DNA from: a virus
Lineage: Duplodnaviria > Heunggongvirae > Uroviricota > Caudoviricetes
Length of the DNA: 64,000 bases
Direction: 5' to 3' (one strand)
Virus record (IMG/VR): IMGVR_UViG_3300028591_000102
Location: 24,579 to 88,578 of that record
Shown here: piece by piece, positions 41,411-53,000 of the stretch
Numbering within the stretch: position 1 is the first letter of the stretch
How the letters are laid out: the number at the start of each line of letters is the position of its first letter
Program-made: the position numbers and the translations under genes
Notes under the pieces: model-generated
Told to the model about the DNA's origin: nothing
What the model saw: the letters and a program-made list of their open reading frames with translations, nothing else
The model's database searches: none

Positions 41411-41438
41411 ATTTGGAGTTAAAAGGAGGATTTTATCT

Positions 41439-41876
41439 ATGATTAAAATTACAAATGTGAGCACATCTTTAGTATCATTATATGTGCCAGAAATTAAATT
41501 AAATAGGGACCTAGTTCCTGGGCGTACAATTACTGTTACTCCCGAAGAATATGAAGAGTTAACTTTTGATGCCGGTTTTAATGCTCTTGCGCGCGGTCAT
41601 TATATTAAGATTGAAGGCGTAGAAGAGAATAAGCAGGTTGAAGTTATTAAGAATGTAGTCGATGCAAAGACTATTGAGAAGATGCTATTAAAGGGCGATG
41701 TTACTGCTTTTGCTAAGTTCATTCCACACGCTACTGAAGCAGAGAAAGACAGCGCTGTAACATTAGCCGTTGAACATAAAATTACAAATCCGGGTATTAA
41801 CGCCTTAATTAAGAAATACTGCGATGTGGATGTTATTAATGCTATTAGCATGAAGCATGATGCAGAAGAGAAGTGA
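41439..41876 (+). CDS. Hypothetical virion-associated protein
   Basis: 145 aa, RBS AGGAGG. Confidence 0.75.
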   Translation: MIKITNVSTSLVSLYVPEIKLNRDLVPGRTITVTPEEYEELTFDAGFNALARGHYIKIEGVEENKQVEVIKNVVDAKTIEKMLLKGDVTAFAKFIPHATEAEKDSAVTLAVEHKITNPGINALIKKYCDVDVINAISMKHDAEEK

Positions 41877-41882
41877 TGAGAT

Positions 41883-42353
41883 ATGGCAACACCCTTCTTA
41901 AAGGTTTATGACGCGTTTTTGGCGCGAATCACAGCCGATGAATGGACGTTAGAAGAAGAGTTAGCTATTGTCGAAAGAGACTGGCAAGAGCTTCTTAAAA
42001 TGGCTATTGCTCGGTTTAAATATCCTCGTATAAGTCTGGATTTTGAAGAATGCGATTGTGATGGACCCGCACATTACTATGCATTTAAAGAAGATTTAAC
42101 TAATGATGAAATACAAATGCTTGCGCTTTATATGAAGCATGAGTGGATTAAGCGTTGTATTGCTAGTTGGGAAAATATTCGATAGCTGTATGTAGATTCA
42201 GACTTTAGTTAGGCAAATCATTTAGATAAATTAAATAAATTATAGACTGAAGTAGCATTAGAGGTTCGAAAGAATGAAGGAGTGTATGATAGATCGCGTG
42301 GTCACAGTCCCGCGGAAATATTCAGAAGACTCGCTGGAAAGAACCATCATTGA
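41883..42353 (+). CDS. Putative head-tail adaptor, TAG=Gln
   Basis: MATPFLKVYDAFL...; continues through 3 TAGs to TGA 42351. Confidence 0.65.
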
Positions 42354-42618
42354 TGAGACTTTCGAAGGGTATAAAAATAAATTAAAGGGTCGTTTATTTG
42401 GTTTATTGTGTGAGAGAGAAAAGAATGGGGAATGGGAAAAGTTTCTTGATTCTATCATTTTAGAACTTCGCGGACTCGGCGCAAATTCCATTAACTGGTG
42501 GCCGCTGATGGGAAAACTCGGAGTTTTACGTTATCTTTCTTATGAGTATTTTAGAAAAACTATTTTTGAATGCATGAATTTAATTGGTAAATTGGAGATT
42601 CCAGATGAATTATCTTGA
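42274..42618 (+). CDS. Hypothetical neck-region protein (start uncertain, possibly ~42349)
   Basis: ORF track; overlaps the previous gene. Confidence 0.55.
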   Translation: MKECMIDRVVTVPRKYSEDSLERTIIDETFEGYKNKLKGRLFGLLCEREKNGEWEKFLDSIILELRGLGANSINWWPLMGKLGVLRYLSYEYFRKTIFECMNLIGKLEIPDELS

Positions 42619-43801
42619 TGTATATTTTTCTAGAATAAATCATGGTGGCGAGACTACTGCTGAACGTATTCGTGATGGTAGTATTCGTTCTTTTGAAAGA
42701 TGGATAGCAGAGTCTCCTCATACAGTAGAGGATTTGTCGGTTGAGCGAGGGATATATTTTAGCGGGATTTTATTAACACATAAGGATAAAGAATATCAAA
42801 AGTTTTTAAAATTACATGTGGCTAATGATATTCCAATTAAAGTTGGAGATATTATGAATTGGCGACAAGATGATGGTTCAGTAGAAAAATGGATTTTACT
42901 TTCTGAACATAAGAAAGTTAACGGGCCTTATAAAACTTTTGAAATATTAAAATGTAATTATTTGGTTAAATGGATAGATGCAAATGGACATTTATAGAGT
43001 TCATGGTCTTATGTATTAAGTTCTACCGACGATAAAATTAAAGGTAATTTTAGAACTTGGCATAATCTTATTTCTCCTTAGCCGAATAAGTATGCAGAAT
43101 TAGTTATGCCACGAATTATAATAGATCGTGGCACTAATTTCATTATTGAAGATGAAAGCTGGCAATTAGTTGAATATGATCATACCAGCGTTGATGGTAT
43201 TATTTATTTATCTGTAACAGAAAATAAAGTTAATTTAATTTATGATGATTTAAAGAATGATATTGCTGATACAGATAAATTAGCAAGATATCGTCTAGAT
43301 TTACCTCAAGTTGATTAGATATTTAAAGTTGGTGATACAATTAATCCGGTATATACTTTAATGAAAGATGGAAAAATATATGATGGCGCGGTTACCTGGA
43401 GTTCTTCTGATAAAAAAATTGTAAAAGTTATCGATGGTCAATTAACTGCAATTTCTGAGGGTACAGTAACAATTACCGCTTCATTAGAGGAATATCCAGA
43501 GCTATAGCAATCAATGGAGATTACAATAGGCTCATAGGAACAAGAATTTTCTGCTTACATTAAAGGCAATGATTCTATTAAATTAGATAGATATTGCGAT
43601 TATGAATTAGTTGGAACCACATCTATAGATGGGGTAGAATATAGATTAGAGACAACTGAATTGGCTATCATTTCAGATATCTCTGATAATAAATGTATAA
43701 TACATGCTAATAAAAAGAATAAATTAGGTTCTATTACTTTAGTCGCGTCTTATAATGGAACAGATTATACTAAAGAAATATAGATAGTACCATTATGGTG
43801 A
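42605..43801 (+). CDS. Head-closure-like protein with Ig-like (Big_2) domain, TAG=Gln
   Basis: Single frame; VTWSSSDKKIVKVIDGQLTAISEGTVTITA is a Big_2-type motif. Confidence 0.7.
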
Positions 43802-43811
43802 GGTGAGTTAA

Positions 43812-44315
43812 ATGGCGGATAAAACTCCTACATAGCGCCGCTTTGCTGTATTGGGCGAAAACGTATTTAATGTTGCTAATAAATTAATGTAGAATTAGCG
43901 TCTTTGTCGCCTTCTTAAATATCAAGTACGAGATCCTTTTAATAAAGAAAGACCAGATGTGGATGGTGTAGATTTAATGAATAAATAGATTCTCATCATT
44001 CCAAAAATATTTGATGATAGCACTGAGAAAATGTCTTATGTAACTGCAATTTTTACAGATTTTGTTACTAATGCTCTTAATCCAGATTTTAAATTAACAC
44101 GTATTCGTTTTGACATAGCATGCCCTTATGATGAATGGGTGTTAGATGAAAGTTCTTTACGTCCCTATCTTATTATGTAGGAAATTGATACGATGTTTAA
44201 TTAGGCTAAGATGTCTGGCATTGGAACATTACAGTTTGTACGAGCAGATGCATTAACATTAACACCATGGATTGGTGGCTTTTCAATGCTTTATTCTATT
44301 AATGAATTTAACTGA
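43812..44315 (+). CDS. Putative tail terminator/completion protein, TAG=Gln
   Basis: Absent from the ORF track; MADKTPT[TAG]RRFAVLGEN...RLCRLLKY...RPYLIM[TAG]EID. Confidence 0.65.
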
Positions 44316-45078
44316 TTCTGATACTTTAAAATTTTTAAAAGGAACTCCTGTATTGTTTGAAGATATATGCGCTGTTTATCCAGTTACATTGGGTGAAATA
44401 GTAGATGAGGGGTACGACAGGTTTGAATAGTATTTAGGTATTCTTACTATGACAAAGCCCACTACAATACATGATAGTGATTAGGAATTAACTTAGTTAA
44501 TGTCAAAATTAACTGATTTTTAGTATATATTGATGTTGGCTATGTTAGACAAATAGGTTAATGCTGTATTAAAATAGGCATTGTATTTTTTTACGCACGA
44601 CGATGCAATTTTTTCATTGGATCCGCCGCAAATTATATTAGGTCCACTCCAAGAAAAACACATTTTAACCGAAGAGAAATTCTATGATTTTTAGAGACTT
44701 TTACGTAGGATGTATTTTTTAGAGGTTGAGGGTGAAGAAATTATTATTTATGAAGATGATTCACCCGCGGTACGGCGTTTAAAAGAGCAAATGCGTGCAA
44801 ATCGTGAGAAAGTTAGAAGAGCTAAAGCTAGGCAAAATAAAAAAGATGGCTCAGATTTAAAACTTTCAGATTTAATTGGTAGTATGACTATCAATGATTG
44901 TGGCCTAAATATAGTAAATATTTGGGGTGTGACATATTATGCTTTTCATGACCAACTAAAGCGGATGGGATGGCGTGATTAGTTTAATATAAATTAGAAG
45001 GCTGCTCTTGCGGGAGCAAAACTTAAAAAATCAGAACTTAAGCATTGGATGCGGTCCATTGCGAGTTCAGACAAGTGA
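44302..45078 (+). CDS. Hypothetical tail-region protein, TAG=Gln
   Basis: One frame includes fragment 44710; TGA at 45076. Confidence 0.7.
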
Positions 45079-45101
45079 AAAATCAAAGGAGGTAAACTCA
45101 C

Positions 45102-46064
45102 ATGGCTGTAAATATTTTTGATAAATATGGCATTAAAGAGGTTGCTAATGTTTATTTTGAAGCATTAGATAGCGATGCAAAAGCTGGCGTTTATGCTGGT
45201 GATATCGTTCTATTCCTCGATACTTTAAAGGTTTCCACCATTGAAACCACTGCTGAAAATACCGCTGCACAGGGCGGCTGGGGCAATCCTAAACTAATCC
45301 AGTGGGACTATGGTAAGGAAATTAATATTACTCTAGAAGATGCTCTAATGTCTCTAGAGTCCTTACGTTTCATGCTTGGCGGTGCTATTAAGCAGAGCAA
45401 AGCAACTGAAAAGGTATTAGTTCGTTACAACGAAGAAGTCGTTTGTATCGCGGGCGGCGTAGTTCCAAAGCCAAAGGATCATATTACTGGTAGAATCTTA
45501 ACTCCAAAGCCAAGTACCACTCATCCTGTTAAGTTAATCAATTTAACTACTGGTGCTCGTACTCAGCTAACTAGTGGTGAATTCACCGGTAATAAGAAGA
45601 TTAACTTCAAGAATCCAGCTATGCTCGGTGACGACGAAGTAGCTACCGCTGAAGGCGACCACATTCGTATTTTCTGGGAAGAAGAAGTAGGCGCAGAAGG
45701 TACTGATGCTGCTAATGCAGTTGAAGTTACTATCTCTCCTGATACCTTCCCTGGAACCTATCGTGTTGTTGGCGATACCTTTATGCGTTCTGAGAAGACT
45801 GGTAAGGATGAACCATTCCAGTTTGTTATCAATAAGGCAAAGGTACAGAGCAACGTTACTATCACTCTACAAGCAGAAGGCGATCCTTCTACTTTCGAGA
45901 TGACTCTAAACGTACTACGCTCTACTAATGAGAAGGGCGAAAACGAAATGATGAAACTCATTCGTTATAGCTTTGAATCCGATGAAGAATCCGAAGAGGA
46001 TGATGACATTGGTTCTCTTGGTACTGCTAGCTCTGCTTCTGGTGGCGCAACCGGTACTCCATAA
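45102..46064 (+). CDS. Major tail (tube) protein
   Basis: 320 aa, no TAG; GGWGNPKLIQWDYGKE, TITLQAEGDPSTFEMTL. Confidence 0.75.
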   Translation: MAVNIFDKYGIKEVANVYFEALDSDAKAGVYAGDIVLFLDTLKVSTIETTAENTAAQGGWGNPKLIQWDYGKEINITLEDALMSLESLRFMLGGAIKQSKATEKVLVRYNEEVVCIAGGVVPKPKDHITGRILTPKPSTTHPVKLINLTTGARTQLTSGEFTGNKKINFKNPAMLGDDEVATAEGDHIRIFWEEEVGAEGTDAANAVEVTISPDTFPGTYRVVGDTFMRSEKTGKDEPFQFVINKAKVQSNVTITLQAEGDPSTFEMTLNVLRSTNEKGENEMMKLIRYSFESDEESEEDDDIGSLGTASSASGGATGTP

Positions 46065-46085
46065 TTGAATTAAATGGAATAAATG

Positions 46086-46115
46086 CCTAGGGGCTTGTAT
46101 GCCCCTAGGCTTTTT
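46086..46115 (+). terminator. Rho-independent terminator
   Basis: GCCTAGGGG...CCCCTAGGC-TTTTT. Confidence 0.75.
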
Positions 46116-46136
46116 CTATTAAGGTGGTGAGCCTAA

Positions 46137-47021
46137 ATGATTGACCAATATTTTGGACATAAAGAGCTATATGAAGTGGCTCTTAAAGCAAAAGTTCCTA
46201 TGAAATTTGGCAATCGTTATATTGAAGAGGGCGAACCTGTTCTCTATTTTGAAAATGTAAATATGTCTACTTTAACTGAGCGTAATTCTGCAATATTTGC
46301 GCGTGGTGGGTGGGCAAATTAGCCTAGAGTTACTTGGGAGGACAGGTCTGAAGTGGTCTTTTAGATGACAGAAGGTGTTATGTCCTCTGTGGGTATGGGC
46401 ATTCTTTTAAGTGCAAATGTTACTAGTCCAGAATAGGAGTAGCCTATTGCTGTTAATAAGCGTGAAGGCCCATATGAAATTATTGAATTAACAATTGACA
46501 ATAAAAAGGAACAAGGATTTTATATTTAGCATAAACCTATTATGTATCCGAAGAAAAAAGTGTTTATTATGGAGTATAGTAGAAAGGCTGCTTAGCAAAA
46601 GGTTTATGGTAAATTAATTGAAAGAGATACACCATTTGGAATAAAATATTTTATTAGTGTGTATCAAGATAAGGATTTGACAATTCCTGTGGATATTAAT
46701 AAAGAGTATGTAGTAGATTATTACTATGAGTATGGAGATGAAGCGTTAATCTATACAATATAGAAAGAGCGTTTCAATGGATTATTCACTTTAGAAGCAA
46801 AATTTTATTCTAAGGATGAAAATGAGGGCATAAATTATACAAACATATTATATATGCCTAAAGTTAGAGTAGTAAGTAATATAAACTTACGCTTGGGAGA
46901 AAGGGCAGACCCAACAGTATCCACGTTTAATATAATAGGACTCCCGGAAAACGTGGGGTCAAGCAAGGATTTAATAGTTGAGATGACAAGATTAAGTTAG
47001 GATATAGATACTGACGTTTAA
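46137..47021 (+). CDS. Tail-tube-related protein, TAG=Gln
   Basis: ARGGWAN[TAG]PRVTWED parallels AQGGWGNPKLIQWD of the tail tube; TAA at 47019. Confidence 0.65.
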
Positions 47022-47052
47022 GCCACTTTCTGAGGAAAGTGGCTCTTTTTTT
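47021..47052 (+). terminator. Rho-independent terminator
   Basis: AGCCACTTTC-TGAG-GAAAGTGGCT followed by a T-tract. Confidence 0.8.
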
Positions 47053-47077
47053 ATTTGTTTAAAAGGAGTTGAGGATT

Positions 47078-50000
47078 ATGGCAACTGAAATTAAACTTCC
47101 AGTACGACTAGAAGTATTGTAGGAATCTATTGCTGCAATTAAATAGATTCTTGATAAATTAAAACCAGAGTCTAGCAGTTGGAAAGAATTATAGGGTATT
47201 TTAAGAAACATGGAAAAAGCCGCTTAGAATTTATAGGTAACCATGTCAAAGCCGTTTGATTCACAAAATCAATTTAAAACTGCAGAAAAGAGTGTTGAAA
47301 AACTTGATGACGCATTATCAAAGGCTAAAATTACCTTAAGCAGTATTAAGTTTTCTGATATAAAACTAGATGCGAATTAGCTATCTATTTTAAAGAATTT
47401 TCAAGATCAATTAAAAGATATCGAGGGCGAGGTTACTAGATTTAAGTCTACATTAAAAGAAGAATTAAAAACTAGTGATCTTTGGGCCGATATAGAATAG
47501 ATAGATCCAAGTGCGGTTACACACTCCTTTGATTAGATTATAAAGACGGTTGAATCTAGGGTTGGCACGTTAAAGCGTACTATGGAAAAATCAAAGAAAG
47601 AATTAGATGATTTTTAGAATTAGCAATCGCGTGCTGATATTACTGCAAAATTTTTCGGTGCAGGAGCAGAGAAGGCTCTAACTAAGCAAGGATTAGGAGA
47701 AGATATATTTAATAGATTTTTTACTAGTACTGGTGGTTTTAAAGCAAAATAGAAAGGGCCATTTTATGATTGGATAAAAGAAAATTTAATGATAGATAGC
47801 GCTCAATTAGATTCTCTCGTTGGCTTATCTGTTAATTAGTTAAAAGAAAAATTAAAAGAATTAGATTTTGAAAAAATATTAAAAAGTGCAAGTGCATTAT
47901 AGGAGACAGGGGCCACAAAAGCAAATAAAGCTACAGCGGATACAGCAGCTTATGAATAGGCTCGAAAAGTACTGGAAGCACTTGCTATAGAAATGGGTAA
48001 AGTAGATGAAAAAGCATCGTCACTTTAGCCAAGAACTCAACAAATTACAAACGCACTTAATTCATATAAAGAGTCAGTGGCTAACTCTACTCGGGCAGAA
48101 CTATAGAGTGTTGCTAGTAAATCTGAATTATAGAATCAACTATAGCAATTAAGTCGTACTTTAAGTTAGGCAAACGCGAATTTCTTAAAAACCCAAAGAG
48201 TGATGCAGTCATTTAATTAGATGAAAATGGCTGTAGTTAATTTTATGGGATTTAATTAGGTTTTAAATCTTACTAGACAGGCAGTTAAGAATGCATTAAC
48301 GCATATTAAAGAATTAGATACTGTAATGAATAAGATCTCCATTGTTACGGATATGAGTACTGGAGAATTATGGAATTAGGTTGATGCTTATAGTAAAATG
48401 GCGCAATCATATGGTGTGTCTATTAAGGGAGCTTATGAAGTTTCATAGATTTACTATCAACAAGGTTTAAAGACTGCAGATGTTCTAACCTTAACGAATG
48501 AAACATTAAAATTAGCAAAAGTTTCTGGTCTAGATTATGCTAATGCAACAGACTACATGACTACCGCATTACGTGGTTTTAAGATGGAAATGTCTGAAGC
48601 GTCTACAGTTGTTGATGTTTATACCGCATTGGCTGCGAGTACGGCTGTTTCTTCGGAAGAATTAGCAGTCGCTATGTCTAAAACTGCTTCTTCTATGGGA
48701 TCTGTTGGTTCAACATTCTAGGAAACGTCCGCTATGATTGGCACAATGGTTGCAGTTACTCGTGAATCTGCAACAAACATTGGTTCTGCTTTAAAGTCAA
48801 TTGCTGCTCGTTATGGTGAAATGAAAAAAGCTCCAGAGGCATTAATAGATGAAGATGGAGAACTATTAGCCTATAATAAGGTTGATGCTGCATTACAATC
48901 TGTTGGCATTTCATTAAAAGATACTGATGGACAATTCCGTGAATTTACTGATGTTGTTGTTGAATTAGGTGAAAAATGGGATTAGTTAGAATCTACACAA
49001 TAGCGTTATATTGCTACTTAGTTTGCTGGTAATAGACAACAATCGCGTTTTTTGGCATTAGTAAGTAACGTTGATTTATTAAAATCTAATATTGATGTAG
49101 CTGAAAATAGCGAAGACACTGGTACATTATAGGCTTTAAAAGCATTAGACTCTATTGAGTCTAAATTAGAACAAGTAAAAGTTGCCTATTAGCAATTTTA
49201 TACTACTATTGGCGTTGAGAGTGTCTGGAAGGGCGCTTTAGACGGATTAAAAAATTATATTAATATGCTTAATAGTTTACCAAAATTATTTGGTAAAATT
49301 CCTGTTGGCGCGATTGCTATGATTATGAATCTTGTAGAATTGATTCGTAATATAGGAACAAGAGCTATTGAGGGTATTGCTAATATTTGGAATCACGTAT
49401 TACCAACTGATGAAATAGCCACGAAAATGGCGGATGCTGGTGAAAAGAATGCCTAGGCTTATGTTGATGCATTAAAGCAGGTTTTAATTGATAGTAAAAT
49501 TGGTGAACAAATTCCTTAGGATATGGCTAAGGAGGCTAAAAAATCTTCTGAAGATAAAAACAAGCCCGCGGCTAAAACAGAAACTATAGAAACTACTGCA
49601 AAACCAGCAGAAGAAACCGCAAAAGAAGCAGTCACTGCTATCTAGGCTGGCGTTCAAGTCAGTAATGAACTAGCTGGTGCAACACAAGCAGTCGCGGACG
49701 GTTTCAAATAGGGGGCCGATGCTACTGAAAGAATAAAGGAAAATCTCGCCGCAGCAACAGAAGCCGCGCAATTCCAGAAAAATGCAACAGGAATTGATTT
49801 AAATCCTGAGGAAATTAGTGAAAAGTTTGTAGCGTTACGTGAAAAATTAAATAATTTAGGATTAAAAGAAACTTTAGAATCAGAGGTTACAAAAATTGAC
49901 TTTAGTTCTAATGATGCTCCAGCATAGATTGATAAATTTTGTAATACTTTAATTAATAAATCTGGAGATAATAAAGCTGAAGTCACCGCGGCATTTAAGG

Positions 50001-53000
50001 AACTTGGCTTAATTGGAATTGGTGAGGCAACCGCATAGGGAATTGCTAGTGGTACCGGTAGTGCTGTAAATGCAGCAACAGCCTTGGGTAAAGCAACATT
50101 ACAAGCTCTTTAGATAGCGATTAATGCGCACTCTCCATCTCCTACGGTTATTGCTTTATTTAAAAATGGTGTTGGCGATGCAATTGAAATTGGCTTAGAA
50201 TCGTCTATAGATAGTGTAAAAGCCGCAGCCATGAAACTGGGCTTAACAATTCCAGAACAATTAAAACAAGCAATGGAATCATAGGAAAAGATTAATTTAA
50301 GTGATTTCTTTGAAGCTGGTGAAGCGTAGTCAATGGTTAACTAGACAGCTTTACTTGAGCGTTCAAGATTAAATAAACTTATAAATGATTTAGAGCATAA
50401 ATCGATTGATGCTGCATTTTTCCCGCAGAAGTTCTCCGGAGAAAATACAAAGTCAATTGAACAACAAATAGATTAGATAAAAACATTACGAGATAAGGCT
50501 GCTGCGGTTACCGGACGTATTCCATTTATACAATATGAAGGAATCCCCACTGATTATATGGTTGCTTCTCATAATTTTAGTCCTGATAATCTTGAAGCTA
50601 TGGCGGGATGGGGTGCGATACCAAGCCCATCTATAGCAGTAAAGGCGATGTTTGATCGTATTTGGACCGAATTTGCAGATGCTACACTCTTTTTTGGCCG
50701 TAATATTATCGACCCACGAAATGAATTAAGTCGATCTTATACTGGAGATGCCTATACTCCAAGCTTAGGAAATGTAGATAATCCGACTTTAGAGCAAGCT
50801 AGAAAAGAATTAGATAGTCAGCCAGAAACAGTATTAGATCGCGGTGATATAACTGCATTTATTCGAGACGCCACGCATTTGTATAGTTTAACTCAAATGA
50901 GTGAACAACTAGCATTACGAGCATAGATGCCATTTAATGGTCAGCATAGACAAACTCCATCTAGAAATATTGAAGTTACTGATACAATGGAAAAATCTAT
51001 TACTGATATGCTTTAGTATTATATCCGAAAAGGTGGATTCGCGGATGATTCTACTTATAGACTTAATATTCCTAAATCTGAAGCAGAAATGAGCGGATAT
51101 GATGCCTTAGGTACGGCAATGTATCAAACCGCCGATTAGATGCGTAAACTAATGGCAGATGGAATAAAAATGTCTGCTAAAGAACAAGATATATTAATGC
51201 GTGAAAACTTATATAAGAGTTTTCGTGATAAGGCAAATATTGAAGTTGGTACACAGTTTAAAGATCGCAATTCTGATTTTATTATTGAAGACGCATTAAA
51301 TTTTATAGAATTCTTGCGGAAAAATCCTGGTTCAGATATGCTTGAATCTAAGCCAATTGGCAATGTAAAATTTGATCAATTAGCTGGTGCATTGTTGCCG
51401 GATTATACCTCTCCTCAGGCGTTAAAGGCAGCACTAAATGCTGGATTAGATCCAAAAAGAACTTTATTATTCCGTAACACTGCGGAGCCTAATGCAATTG
51501 ATAGCCGATCTTCTATGTATCAGTATATGATGCATAATATGCCTGGTGTTGCCTTTAGTGAAAAAGGTGATTTAGTCACAGATTAGCTAAAACAATTTGA
51601 TTCTGGTGATATTCTTTCTGCATTGGCGCCATTTAATTAGATTAAAGCAGAAATTCCTCAAGCAATGGCAGAATTAGCAGAACAAGTTTCACAAGAAGGA
51701 ATTGGCTAGGTTTTAATTAATTCATTAATGGCTTCGCTTTCGAATGTAGATTATAATTCTACTGATGCGGTGCCATAGATAGAAAATATTTTAAGATTTT
51801 TTGCGGTTTAGTTTAATAGAACTACTGATACTTTTTCGGGTTTTGGTACTGCTGGTATTAGGGTTGCTGAATAGTTAACTTCTGCTATAGCACTAAGTTT
51901 AAATTCAGAACTTCCTAATTTAATGAAGAATAGTGATTCATTAATGGATTCTATAATTGGTCCATTAACAAAAAATATTGATATTTCTTCAACTGATTAT
52001 ACTAAAGAAACATTTGCAAAGAGACTATACTCTACTCCTATTGATGATATGGAAACTCTACCATATATTGAAGAATAGATTGCGCAACTCTAGACTACAG
52101 ATTTGGGTAGAGAATTATAGGACAGTTTATCAAATACACTTAGCAAATTTGATTTTACTTAGGATAACATGGGCGGATGGTTAAATAGTGTTTTAGATCA
52201 ATTTGCCGACCAGTTAGAAGTTAATGCGTAGAGTATGGGCTTAGAAGAAATGGGCTTCAATACTGCTCGTTAGATTGTTGCGGGTTTATCTTTAGGATTG
52301 TCTGCTAATATTGCCGAAGCTGTATAGAGCGGAAATGCAGCAGGTCAAGCTGTTATTGCTGCAATAAACACTGGTGCGGGTGTTGCTTCTCCTTCTGTAT
52401 ATGCAATGTTATCTGGACAAAATATTATTGCCGGATTAGTTTAGGGTATGTCAGAACATCTATCTGAAGCCATGTAGAGCGGTTCAGAGGCCGGTAAAGC
52501 GGTTGTAGAAAGTCTAGAAAAAAGCTTAAAGATGGATGAAGGCGTCTTTGAAGAATTAAAAGCCAGTATAATAAAAGGGTTAGAATCTCTAGATGACGCT
52601 ACTGTAGCACCAAATATAAAAGAAAAATTGGTACAGTAGATTCAAGGTCAAACTTGGCAAGATTTTAAATCTGGAAATGCCAATGCAATGTTCTATGAAG
52701 CTGCGATTTAGCGCTAGCGTGGCATGGAAGATTTAATTGATTTTGGAAAAGGACAAAGTCGTGTTCTTGCATTGGCAGAAGGAGAGCGTAATCCTAGTAA
52801 AGAAAAATATATTAAATCTTTAACTTATGATAAGTATTTAGAAGCTTAGACAAAAGATGATTTAAGTCCTCGTGCACAAAATCTAATTAATGCAATTCGT
52901 AGACAGCCAGAATCTAAAGATAAAGATGGGTGGAGTTTACCGTCTAAATCTAATATTTAGACTGATGTAGCTTTAGGTGATAGAAAAGATTATCCATTAC

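Noticed and set aside
45102-47021. Contractile tail sheath (myovirus)
   Set aside because: No sheath-sized gene between neck and tape measure; only tube-like proteins, consistent with a non-contractile tail
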